Below, piece by piece: positions 34,994-45,199 of a stretch of DNA of 64,000 bases (the first letter of the stretch is position 1; every line of letters begins with the position of its first letter). The translations under genes and the position numbers were made by a program. Under the pieces are notes generated by a model. The model was not told the origin of the DNA. It ran no database searches and was given only the letters and a program-made list of their open reading frames with translations. This DNA comes from Asterionella formosa (lineage: Eukaryota): the NCBI GenBank assembly GCA_002256025.1, contig NKIB01011728.1:1-64000 (forward strand), given 5' to 3'.

Positions 34994-36787
34994 ATAGTAA
35001 TTACAGTTTGACTGAGAAGCACCAGAGGGATGTCAAGAAATGATGTGTTGCTCTTTTTTCTGTTTGTTCACTGCTGTACATTCAATGGATTGTTGTTTAT
35101 TGCTGTTCATTTGCTTCATCACATTAATTCCTTCCAACAACCACCCCAGCCACTATTTTTCAACTTCCACCAAACTCGATTTTCAAGCAATGGTATGTTT
35201 TATTGATTATTGCGTAGGCTTTTGTTTCTTCAGTTCATGCCTTCCATTCCAGTCATCCAAAGCCGCCATTGCATTTGCTCCTTCCAGCTATAGCCGCATT
35301 AATACTATTGCCTCAAAATCGATTCCCAATGAAATGTTCATTTCCAGTATCATCTGCTGCACTACCACTATTGTCTCTCAAAAAGACCATGCAATCCAAT
35401 GATGCATCCAATGCAATCAACAAGGCTGGTTGATTACCAATTCTTCCAGCCAGCTTATGTTCCTTCCAGCAGGAGGACCAAACCTCGACTTCTACATTTC
35501 ATCCATTCGAGCTTAGTAACATCATGAATTCAAAAGTGGTCTCGTATTGAATAACCAATCATCCCAGTCATCCTTCTCTTTAAAGATCGAGCAAGTTGAA
35601 ATTGAAAACCCATCTGCAGTTGTAGGTCCTAAATTAAAATATTTCTAATCTGTGCAATTTTGTCACCTCTGACGCAAGTGAACCAACTTTTTTGATTGCA
35701 TAATTCCTTGGTCAGCATGATGCTGTGTATCTGTGAATCCATAATCCCCCAGATATGATGATGGGCCAAGAAAAGGAGGTTTTTCGTCATTGTATTAAAA
35801 CCCTTTCTTGTCAATTGCATGTTTATATAAGATCGACCAATTTGTTGGCACTGTTGAAGAGTAAAAGTCGATGCACTTAAGGGATACTCTGCTGGTATAT
35901 CATTGGCATTAAAAAGACATCCTGAGGTAGATTGGCAATCTTTTTAGTCTCAGTGCATGTATTTTTCTTACTCATTCATACAATTCAAGTATCAGTAAAT
36001 GGATTCGAAATTGTCAAGTTGATTGACCAAATTAGTTAACAATTATTGGACGGCAGTGGTTTTGAGGAGCACACGTATTCCTATACAGTTATGAAGGCGA
36101 ATATTGTAGGAGTAGCACAGATTTGAAGGATAGAGGTGAAATTGGTGCTGCAAGAATTGTGGTGCAAATGCCTATGAGAATCAGTTGAGTTTACTAATAG
36201 ATTTAATGTTTCACCCAATTTTGGAGGAGTCCTGATAGTCTAGTATGGAAACATAAATAGACTCTTTAAAGACTGTCTCTTTAAAGACTGTTTTCGTCAT
36301 TGTAGACTCAATCCTGTGGTCATGAGAAGTGCCAGGAGGCACCAGCACAAGAAAGAAAAGCATGGTAGTACAGGATGGACATGTAACTCATCAGCCACTT
36401 TAAATGCTTTTATTAGAGGAATACAATGTTAGTCGATCTATTGATGAATGCCAAAGAATTGGTCATCTCTCTATATCTCATCAGGACTGATGCCATTTGT
36501 TTGCCGCCCTACGCGAGGCTAGATTGAGCAGAAGACTTCACAACAAGGTCTTCGTGAGTCGTCGCTTTATGATGAAGTTCTTGACCAATATTTTAGACTA
36601 CTTGGTAATATATTGTTCCCTCGCCCAGTACTAGAACTGGTACTACTGAGTATATCAAACTTGACTTCATCCTAAATGCCGTGCAATTATCGCATTCTGA
36701 TTAGCGATGGTTTTGAATTAGAATTTGAGACTCCATTGCCCAGTTTCGCATATTATTATGTTTTCGTCATCACAATTGTCTATAATA

Positions 36788-38701
36788 TCAATCAAGAACA
36801 ATTATTCCACCATCCTCAGTTTTTGATTTCTTGGCAACTGGCTCGCTGTTGACAACTCCATTCGATGTGGTCTCCGACTTTCGCTTTGCAGATGCAGCTG
36901 GTTTGACTTCTTCGCCACTGCCCATGTCGAGGATTTCGACATCCTCGTCTTCTGCTGCTGATTGCTCTTCAATGCCCCTTTCATCGGCTATGACTGTAGT
37001 GCCAGGCTTTGGTTTATCACCCCCCACCAAGTACCTTTCTGCGTCTTCATCACTTTCCCCTTCTTCTTGCTCCCATACGTCTTTATGTGTGATGCAAATG
37101 TCGACTTCCAAATCTTGAGAAAAATCTTCAATCCGCACAATGGAGCCGTTCTGAATACCTCCACAGGGCAGTTGGGCAAGAACCTTTACCAAGTTTGGTT
37201 CAAACGCAGCTGTGTCGGCACCTTCTCCTTCTTCATAAATCATGTCACCTTCCAACATCAAAGTTGGTTCTTCAAATCCCAAATCTTTCTTAATGACCTT
37301 TGTCAACAAATCCTGCAAGGTCCATTTTTCAACGTTGAGAGTCAGTGGAATGGTGGCATTGCGGCAGACAAAGCATTTTGGGTTTGGCTGGTCTAGCTTG
37401 CTCGACGAGAGGAAGAATCCAGGACGTCCCATCTTGTTACGCAGGCAATCCACGTATCTGCACACTTCCCCCAGATTGTCTTCTTTCCCTTCAAGCTGTT
37501 GTTGGAGGATGTGAAAAACTTGAAGAACCTGTAGACCTGCAACAATAGCATTGGTAGTTGCAATGGCGGGCACAATATTGCCAGCAATGCCCTTGGCACT
37601 ATAGAACGATTGCAACGGTTCGATCCCAAAAATAAAAGACCGAAGGTTTGATGCAGCAGTTACCAACCGCATGGCAAGTAAATCATCCTTATCAAAGCTA
37701 GGAAGGAGAGTAGCAGGATGGTCATCTGTGTCTATCAAACACGACGCCAATTCGGCAATACAGTCCGCTAGAGACCATACGTCTGTTGTTTTGTAGGAAA
37801 TTGCTTTCATGGGAGATTTTAAAGCAAAACTAGCTTCAATGAGAGCTGCGGACATTGCAGTTGGAACGACCTTAGCAGTCTTGTAACGTTGCATTTGTAA
37901 TTGCTTGGTGATTTCTGTTGCGTAAAGATGAGTCACAACAGCAGAAGCTGCCTTGATAAGGTCCTGTTTGGCTGCATCTTTCTCCAATAGAGAACGATAT
38001 TCCAGTACAGCAGCCATGTAGGTGCTTGGCTCCTCCCCGTCAGGATCTTCGAACAGCATGCTTTCTGTCGCAACACCAAAGAGCAATTTATACAGTTCCT
38101 TCGCCCAAACAATGGTATGAACAGGCATGGAAGGAGTTGATCTAATGGTGCAAATGGGATATACCTTTTGCGTTTCTTGAGTTGCACACTCATAACAAGC
38201 AAGGTTAGAGGCTTTGTCAATAACCTTGACTTGTCCGAGATATCCCGTAGTTCCGGCTTCGACAAGCGGAACTTTGGCAGCCAAACAAAGCCGATTCACT
38301 CGACGCCGTGCAGTTACATTGTCCAATGCATTCAGGACCAAGGCGAATCCAGATACATATTGCACATTGAATTTAGTATTATCGCAAACATTCCCATGAT
38401 ACGGAATGTACTTGGTATTCTCCTTGTCGACTGGAACCATATTTTGAGCGACGGCACATGCCACTTCGCATTTGGACTTGCCTACGTGCTGCGATCGAAA
38501 GAGAAACTGTCGATTGAGATTCGAGACATCAATGGTGTCGAGATCTATAACTTCAACGTGCCGAAAGCCGCTGAGCGCAAGATTCTTGAGGAGTTCACAG
38601 CCAATACCCCCTGAGCCGACCAACAAAACTTTACAAGCTTGAATCTTTTCAAACAAGGCCTTCCCGAGCGTGGTTTCCAGAGAAGAGTAGGTTGCTGTCA
38701 T
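36788..38701 (-). CDS. UBA2: SUMO-activating enzyme subunit 2
   Basis: GSGGIGCELLKNL, DLDTIDVSNLNRQFLF, YPICTIRSTP catalytic Cys, AGNIVPAIATTNAIVAG, CFVC, C-terminal basic NLS; probable start MTATYS at 38701. Confidence 0.95.
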   Translation of the reverse strand: MTATYSSLETTLGKALFEKIQACKVLLVGSGGIGCELLKNLALSGFRHVEVIDLDTIDVSNLNRQFLFRSQHVGKSKCEVACAVAQNMVPVDKENTKYIPYHGNVCDNTKFNVQYVSGFALVLNALDNVTARRRVNRLCLAAKVPLVEAGTTGYLGQVKVIDKASNLACYECATQETQKVYPICTIRSTPSMPVHTIVWAKELYKLLFGVATESMLFEDPDGEEPSTYMAAVLEYRSLLEKDAAKQDLIKAASAVVTHLYATEITKQLQMQRYKTAKVVPTAMSAALIEASFALKSPMKAISYKTTDVWSLADCIAELASCLIDTDDHPATLLPSFDKDDLLAMRLVTAASNLRSFIFGIEPLQSFYSAKGIAGNIVPAIATTNAIVAGLQVLQVFHILQQQLEGKEDNLGEVCRYVDCLRNKMGRPGFFLSSSKLDQPNPKCFVCRNATIPLTLNVEKWTLQDLLTKVIKKDLGFEEPTLMLEGDMIYEEGEGADTAAFEPNLVKVLAQLPCGGIQNGSIVRIEDFSQDLEVDICITHKDVWEQEEGESDEDAERYLVGGDKPKPGTTVIADERGIEEQSAAEDEDVEILDMGSGEEVKPAASAKRKSETTSNGVVNSEPVAKKSKTEDGGIIVLD

Positions 38702-38997
38702 CGCGGCTGCCTCCACACACTGAACAGAAGAGCAAGTTAATGCGGACGAGTGGCCAATGACCACCGTTGGATACACTTTAGCAATTATATATTGATTGAA
38801 GTGTGTCTTTTGTTTCTATATAAAGTTCGTCCATTCTTGTCCTGCAACATGACAGCCGGTAAACATCGTTGGCCGAAGAAATGTCATACATATAAAAGGT
38901 ATTGCTCCTAGTCCGTATCTCGCCGGGCTAACACGGTACTAGAAGGCACTCCCACGCAGAGAGTACCTGGTACCAGTGCCGGTATGTGGTAACGAGA

Positions 38998-39250
38998 ACA
39001 ATTGCGTCAATTCTTAAAATTTCTCTGCGACCAATTTGACTCTTAGATTTTTGCCGGCTCCTAATGGTGTCTTGTGCTTAGTTGCATATCCATGATGCAT
39101 AATGTATATGTTTTAGTATATTTAAAATTGGCACCTTCGTTTCAAACTTTTTTTTTGAGCTTTTTCTATTTTCACTTGTGGCCGGCCATCTCAAGCAAAA
39201 TGCAGATGCATGATGCATGATGCATGATTACCCATTTTTCTTCAAACCAT
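38998..39250 (+). mobile_element. Terminal fragment related to the mariner-like relic at 57725
   Basis: Shares ttgc.tc.at...aaattt...tttgactc, catatccatg and catctcaagcaaaatgca.atgc...cccattttc blocks with 57729-57965. Confidence 0.55.
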
Positions 39251-39280
39251 CTATTCTCTAGATACATACAAAGTAGGATA

Positions 39281-39877
39281 GTAGAAAAAGAAAATTTTAT
39301 AGTACGCTTTTATTGAAACTCGACTCTTATGGAGTTTGTGAAGTTGCCCTGGGGCCCAAGTGGGCCCCAAAGGAATGACGAGTGAGTGAGGGCGAGTCCA
39401 TCGAGGGACTCTTAGGGGTTGCAGTTTGGAGGTAAAACAACCGTAGAGATGGTGAGCAAGGGAAAGGAGCCCATTATGAGGCTCTTAGGGTTTTGGAATC
39501 GTGTCTAGAACAGTGTAGGAAATGGAGAGAAGAGGGGAAGGCCAGCAATCAAGAAATGGAAAGCAAATATGAAAACTGCAAGGCCAAAGTGGGATTTTTC
39601 CAAGAATTGGAATAATCGAATATGAGGAGTGTAGGCTGAGGAATACATGATAAGAGAGCAAGGGTAAAAGGGTCTTGGGAGAAACAACCGTAGAGATAGA
39701 GGCGGAAAGTCACTTTTAGGCGGGGCACAGGGAGCGGCGCTGGCGGAAGGCGCCATGGCGGAGCGAAGAGGAGTCAGCAGGAGCAGCGTAGAAGCGGCCG
39801 TAGGCCGAGTATTATAATAATGCAATTGATATTGGGCAGGTAACCCGGAAATTTTAAAGTTGCATTGTTGAAAAAGA
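39281..39877 (-). mobile_element. 597-bp retroposed insertion, probable 5'-truncated non-LTR element 3' end
   Basis: Exact 17-bp flanking direct repeat ACATACAAAGTAGGATA (39264-39280, 39878-39894); minus-strand 3' end AATAAAAGCGTACTATAAAATTTTCTTTTTCTAC; GGGGCCCA-CT-TGGGCCCC hairpin near the 3' end. Confidence 0.75.
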
Positions 39878-40588
39878 ACATACAAAGTAGGATATATAAA
39901 ACAGCAGAACAATAGTAACTTGCCTTTGATCCTCATGGAATGTGCAACTGTGGAAGTGGGCAATGGTGGAAAGGGAAAAAATGATAGCATGCTTGTTTTG
40001 ATGATTGGACCCATTATATGTCTGGTGGTATGGTCCATGTAAATACAACAACCATAGAATGTATAAGAAACATCATGTGCTCTATTCATGTTGCAATTAC
40101 CGGTATCATAGCTCCTGCAAATATTTGAGTGGCTGGCCAATGTAATACAGCATTTGGCAATATGTACACCATGTAAACAACCATGAATATGTATATATAC
40201 ATATATATGTTAAATTGGTTTCGAATATTAAATTTAGATGCTAATAATTTAATAAGTGATTATGAGTATATACTTACATCTAAATAACTAATAAAAACGC
40301 ATTTTTTGAATAAGCTGACCTAATGTAGAAAAATGGTATGTTTTCTCCGTGATCTATGCTAAAAATAAGCTGCTCGGCACCGGAATTGCTGCAAATTTAT
40401 GTAATTGTTTTTCCCAGAGGGAGTACCTAAGGTATTCTCTCTGTTCAACTTTGCATATTAGTAGCACTCAAACTTGAGGTGATTGCCTCTCATGAATTGC
40501 AAGCTCTGATAACTCTCCTGCTAACAGCCCTTACTATTATTTAAATAATTATTCCGAACTTGATGGTGAATATAATATGTACTAAAGA

Positions 40589-40963
40589 GGGAATAGCTTA
40601 GTGGTTTAGCATGTTGCCTTTGATCTGAGGTTGAAAGGTTCGATTCCCGTAATTTTTTAGAAGCAATTCTTGGGTTCGACTCCCGCACTCCTTGCTGTCC
40701 CACACGGTCTTACCTGGTGTGCAAGAAATAGTGGGTTGCCCCCCCCTATTTGCAGCTTGTGCCGCCTTCCTACTAGGCGGTCGGAGTTTCCCCTAATGCT
40801 GCGGCTAAGATGATCACCTTTCGCGAAAGGTGGTTCTTGGGGAATCACCTATGCTAACAAAACTAGGAAGCACAGGTCTTGTCGGCAGGTAGCACAATGA
40901 AAGACTTGCCTAGAAATAGAGAGTACAAATGGGCTATAAAACAGGCTAAATTTTTAGAATTTT
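40589..40963 (+). mobile_element. tRNA-derived SINE, family 1, copy B
   Basis: A box TAGCTTAGTGG, B boxes GGTTCGATTCC and GGTTCGACTCC; homologous to 6002-6366; flanking TATAATATGT repeat (40571-40580, 40964-40973). Confidence 0.8.
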
Positions 40964-41335
40964 TATAATATGTGTTCTAAGTACTAGTCTAGATTGAGAT
41001 GAACCTTTCCTCGTTTTTTGGCGTGTTTTCGTAGAATTACACCCTATTGACCCTTTGTTGGTCAATAGACCTAAAGGAGGAGGATTTAAAACCGGAACAG
41101 GGACAATACATTGCCAAATAATAGTTTGGCAACCTCGAAAGGGAGGCTGATGAGACCATCAACATGGATGGCCAGCTCATCATAAATCTGGGTGTGCACA
41201 AAACTTAAACTATATTTTTCGACATCAGTAGAACAAATTACTTTTTTGTATGGAAATGCGTGCACCAACAAAAATAAAAAGCCCAAAACAATTCACGACA
41301 TGTATCCCTATTTAGATTTATACTTTGCTATATAT

Positions 41336-41412
41336 ACTAATCTATCTGATGCACGTGTCACCACATCATCTTACATAGAAAATGCATATTGTTTCTACAG
41401 AAGGCTTCTTAA
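41336..41412 (+). repeat. ~78-bp dispersed repeat, copy 2
   Basis: Diverged copy of 6995-7072. Confidence 0.75.
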
Positions 41413-42028
41413 AAGGGCTTGGATCAAGCCAGTTTAGTTGTTGAGCATGTTGCATTGAACAGAGGAAGTAAAGAGTATGCTGGTAACATGGTTAGGGACA
41501 AATTTAGTCATTGGCCATCATGCTGGGAGAAAAGGGCTGTGAATGAAGGATTGGTGAATTGCATTAAAGAGAACAAGCAGGGGCTCAATTAGCAATGGAT
41601 CAAGTTGGATGTACTATCACGCCAGTTAGATTCACAGTTGGGTCTCTTATGTTTTGGTCTGGAGTATTGGAAAGGGTTGTTTGTTGTCTGGAAACCATGA
41701 TTATTGATATTTGTGACCCTTTTGAGCATGCAAAAGCAACAGGGGCAGGAGTCGAGATATTTAGGTCGATTTTGTATGTTTGCAATGCCGCTCTGGTCGA
41801 ATCAGTATAATGTACTTCTGGAAGGGAAGTTGTACAGGTTTATGTATGGAGGAAATCCTTACACAGTAGAAATACATTGAGCTATTTGCAGGCTTGATAG
41901 AGTAGAAGTATTTCCACAATGCACATTTATTGACAAATTTATAATATCTGGGTACTGCAATAGCGATCGAATTAAACGACGCGCTTTGATAAATGAAAAA
42001 GTGTGAAGTACCAAATAGTTAAAACTTG

Positions 42029-43600
42029 CTAGAAATCAACAACGACTTCGTGCCAAAACCCGACCGCAATCATCAGATACGTCGTAATCAGCAGCGAACC
42101 TTCCAGCCAGTTACTCCGTGGGTTACTAACACAGATTGACACGGTAAAGATTGAAAGGACAAATAGAGTGAGCTCAAAGTGAGGAAAGTTCAAGGTCATG
42201 TCCTTGCCAAAGGCCCAGCCAATCAAGACAGTAAGGGGTACAACAAAGAGCGAAATTTGGGTACAGGATCCCACCGCGATTCCCATGGCCAAGTCCATTT
42301 TATCCTTCATAGCAACAGTGACTGCTGTAATATGCTCCACGGCATTACCGACAATAGGAATAATGATGAGACCGACAAATGTTCGACTGATTCCGGATCC
42401 TTGACAGAAACCATCAATACTGCTGACTAAATATTCTGAAAAGATGGTAATCAACAAGGTCGTGACACACAGGCCAGTCAAGGCAATCGCCATGGAAATC
42501 CGAGCATCACCGCCACCGCCGTCATCGTCAAACAAGTCAGCATGAGTATTGAGTTGGAAGATTAGTAACTGAATGTACATGGAAATCAAAAAGATCGCTG
42601 CAACGCGTGAAACTTGTAAAACGTGCGCATCTTGGATATCATAGTATTCCGCAAACGGTGTAGGTAAGACCAGAGCCACGCTGCTGAGAGCTAAAAGCGA
42701 CATATTGGCAGTCGCTGCTGTACTATTAAACTCTTGTTCTTTGTACTTAATTCCCCCAAAGAAGAAGCAACAACCTAAGACCAACAATAGATTTGAAAAA
42801 ATGGATCCAATCATGCTGGCCTGTACCACCCTGATCTCATTCGCTAGCAAGGCCTGAATTGCCACCACTACTTCCACAGCATTGCCAAAAGTGGCATTTA
42901 TAAGGCCTCCCAGGGTCTGATTTGTATGAGCAGCGACTTCTTCAGTGAAGTCACCCAGAATGGACGCCAGCGGAATCATAACAAAAAAGTTTAGCCAAAA
43001 GACCCACAAGGGCCCCCAGTCCAATTTTTTGGCTAAGAAAGCAAATGGCATCAATATCAAAAAGATGGAAACAGTCTTTCCAAAAATCAAGTCATGGAGA
43101 AAATCCCAAACAGTCTCGTCAGCTTTGCCAGGCTCTCCGTCAGCTGACTCATCCTCTTCTTCGATCACCAATGAAGTTGTTTCATCAGCCTCAGATCTTT
43201 GCGAATGAGCGAAGCTCTTCACAGATAGGCTATCATATCCCGCCAGGAGGCGTCGTTGGGATCGCTCCTTTTTCGCGTGTCGCTTGAGTTGGACAATCAC
43301 CTCGAATCCTAGTGGGCGCGTTCCCATTCCACGAGGGCTATTATTATGGCTATCACTACTATTCGCATGCATCAATCCCTCCCTTGATGCAAGTATTGCA
43401 TTTTTCTCGTTTTCTTCCATCTGTAACGTTGCCAAATTATCGTCAATATCAGGATCAGTCTCCTCCAAACCCTCCATCGTGCTGTTTGCACTCAAACGCG
43501 TGCTCTTTCTCCGATCGAGAGAGGCTTCTGATTGTTCTAACTGGCTGAGTCCCTCAGATGCTTGACGATGGTTCATGTTGCTCGGCTTCGGTATCAGCAT
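42029..43600 (-). CDS. CAX: Ca2+/H+ exchanger (CAX family)
   Basis: Two alpha-repeats ATFGNAVE and PIVGNAVEH; GSIFSNLLLVLG; acidic loop; long hydrophilic N-terminus. Confidence 0.95.
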   Translation of the reverse strand: MLIPKPSNMNHRQASEGLSQLEQSEASLDRRKSTRLSANSTMEGLEETDPDIDDNLATLQMEENEKNAILASREGLMHANSSDSHNNSPRGMGTRPLGFEVIVQLKRHAKKERSQRRLLAGYDSLSVKSFAHSQRSEADETTSLVIEEEDESADGEPGKADETVWDFLHDLIFGKTVSIFLILMPFAFLAKKLDWGPLWVFWLNFFVMIPLASILGDFTEEVAAHTNQTLGGLINATFGNAVEVVVAIQALLANEIRVVQASMIGSIFSNLLLVLGCCFFFGGIKYKEQEFNSTAATANMSLLALSSVALVLPTPFAEYYDIQDAHVLQVSRVAAIFLISMYIQLLIFQLNTHADLFDDDGGGGDARISMAIALTGLCVTTLLITIFSEYLVSSIDGFCQGSGISRTFVGLIIIPIVGNAVEHITAVTVAMKDKMDLAMGIAVGSCTQISLFVVPLTVLIGWAFGKDMTLNFPHFELTLFVLSIFTVSICVSNPRSNWLEGSLLITTYLMIAVGFWHEVVVDF

Positions 43601-43781
43601 TTCGTCGTGCTTTGTCTTGCGGTGTACTGTGTTGTCGGGTTATTCTTGTTTGCTGCATACGAGTTTTTCCTTCCTCTGGTTGAGTAATGAAAGCTCGTTG
43701 CTTGATGCTGCTCGGAAGTCCGAAAGATTTTATACCGTGTAGCTACTGTGCCTGGTACGGGAACCTGGTACCAGTAACAAA

Positions 43782-43862
43782 AAGGTGTGGTAATTTTGCT
43801 GAACTAAGGATTTAGCTAAATTTATCCCATATTAAATCTTTTCTAAGCAAAATGACTGCATA
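43782..43862. mobile_element. Tiny MITE-like element, decayed copy (inverted relative to 44520-44611)
   Basis: ggtaattttgctgaactaa.gatttagcta...atccca.attaaa...taagcaaaatgac.gca matches the reverse complement of 44520-44611. Confidence 0.6.
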
Positions 43863-44519
43863 CACTTTTTGCACAAAAGTGTCTGGAAATGCACAATGAG
43901 TTAGTCCAGGGAATGCGTGATTGCTTCTTCTGACTAAATATCTAGCAAATCAATCAATATTTATATCAATTTTCTATGTAAGTTTGCGATGTTTATTTCT
44001 GTTTAGATATCATGATAACAGATTGATCGTCAATGGACACAGTAACTCAATCTAAAGACAAAGACAAACAGGAAGTATATAATGCATACACAAACAAGCT
44101 GACAACATATACAATATACATATATGAGAAGGAATCTATGTATGCACACGCAAATTTCCACTGATTTAAATATTTCAAACAGAATTATCAATGTTCAAAA
44201 TTTGCGCATAAAATTTCTTAGCTCCAGGGAATTTCAGCAACCCTAAGCAATATTTCATTATTTTTGCCTAGTAGGGGTTCACATGCAGGAACCTTAATTA
44301 CTATCTATCTGACACTTGTTGCTCCAAAAATATGAGCATTGCCTGTATTGTCTTTTCAAGCCCAAATTTAGGTCTGGTATTTCTTGAGGCTGGGAGCGGA
44401 GCTATGTGGGGGGGGGGGTACTGCAGGTTATGACCCCTTGCCCCTTCTCTGTCACTCCCGTGGAATTAATACCAGGTATGGTAAACCGATATACCGGTAC
44501 CTGGTACCATGGTACCAGA

Positions 44520-44611
44520 AAGTTGCGGTCATTTTGATTTTGCTTAAACTAACAGTTTAATCTGGGATGAAGATAGCTAAATCTTTAGTTTCAGCAAAAT
44601 TACCGCAACTT
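44520..44611. mobile_element. Tiny MITE-like element (~92 bp)
   Basis: TIR AAGTTGCGGT/ACCGCAACTT with subterminal attttgct/agcaaaat. Confidence 0.6.
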
Positions 44612-45199
44612 GCAGGTACCCTCTGTATTATTCTCTACCTTTACTTTACAGTACATAGATAAATCATTCCTGTAGAACTCTTATGTAGTAGTATGCCGTG
44701 GTTGTTCTTCTAATATAGCTTAGTATGTACCGACCTAAATTATGTGGACATCATTGTGTTAACCTTACTCAAAAGTATTGAGAGCAGGCAGGGTTTTCCA
44801 TACCTGAAATTCCAAGAACTGAAAAGGAAGCAAGTCTTCTTACTTTCATTTTGTCTGTAGCCTTGTACCAACATTTTGTCAATAGGCTTTATTTGGCCTA
44901 GGAAAAACCGAGGTTCCTTTCTGCAGTTTCTCGCCGAAAGTTACCTTCTGAGGCTATATGAAGATTACCTATGTACTTAACTCTTCTTCAAACCCTGCCA
45001 ATGTTGAGCTATTGTCGTCCAAAATTCGACAATATCGGCCTTTTCAACGGTAACCAAAGTGTCGGAATCAGAATCACTAATTGCCAAAACTCATCATCGG
45101 AATAGGAGTCTTCTTGTGATTCAATTTTTGTAATACAATCGCCTGTTCAAAAAATTCCATTGTAAGTGCCCGCTTCACTTTAAATATTTAGATTGGTAA

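Noticed and set aside
39505..40140. 211-aa ORF
   Set aside because: Crosses the boundary of the TSD-flanked insertion; low complexity, no domain
40589..40660. Functional tRNA gene
   Set aside because: A/B boxes are present but there is no proper acceptor stem; it is part of a TSD-flanked repeat
44407..44419. Poly-G tract / G-quadruplex
   Set aside because: Single homopolymer with no supporting context
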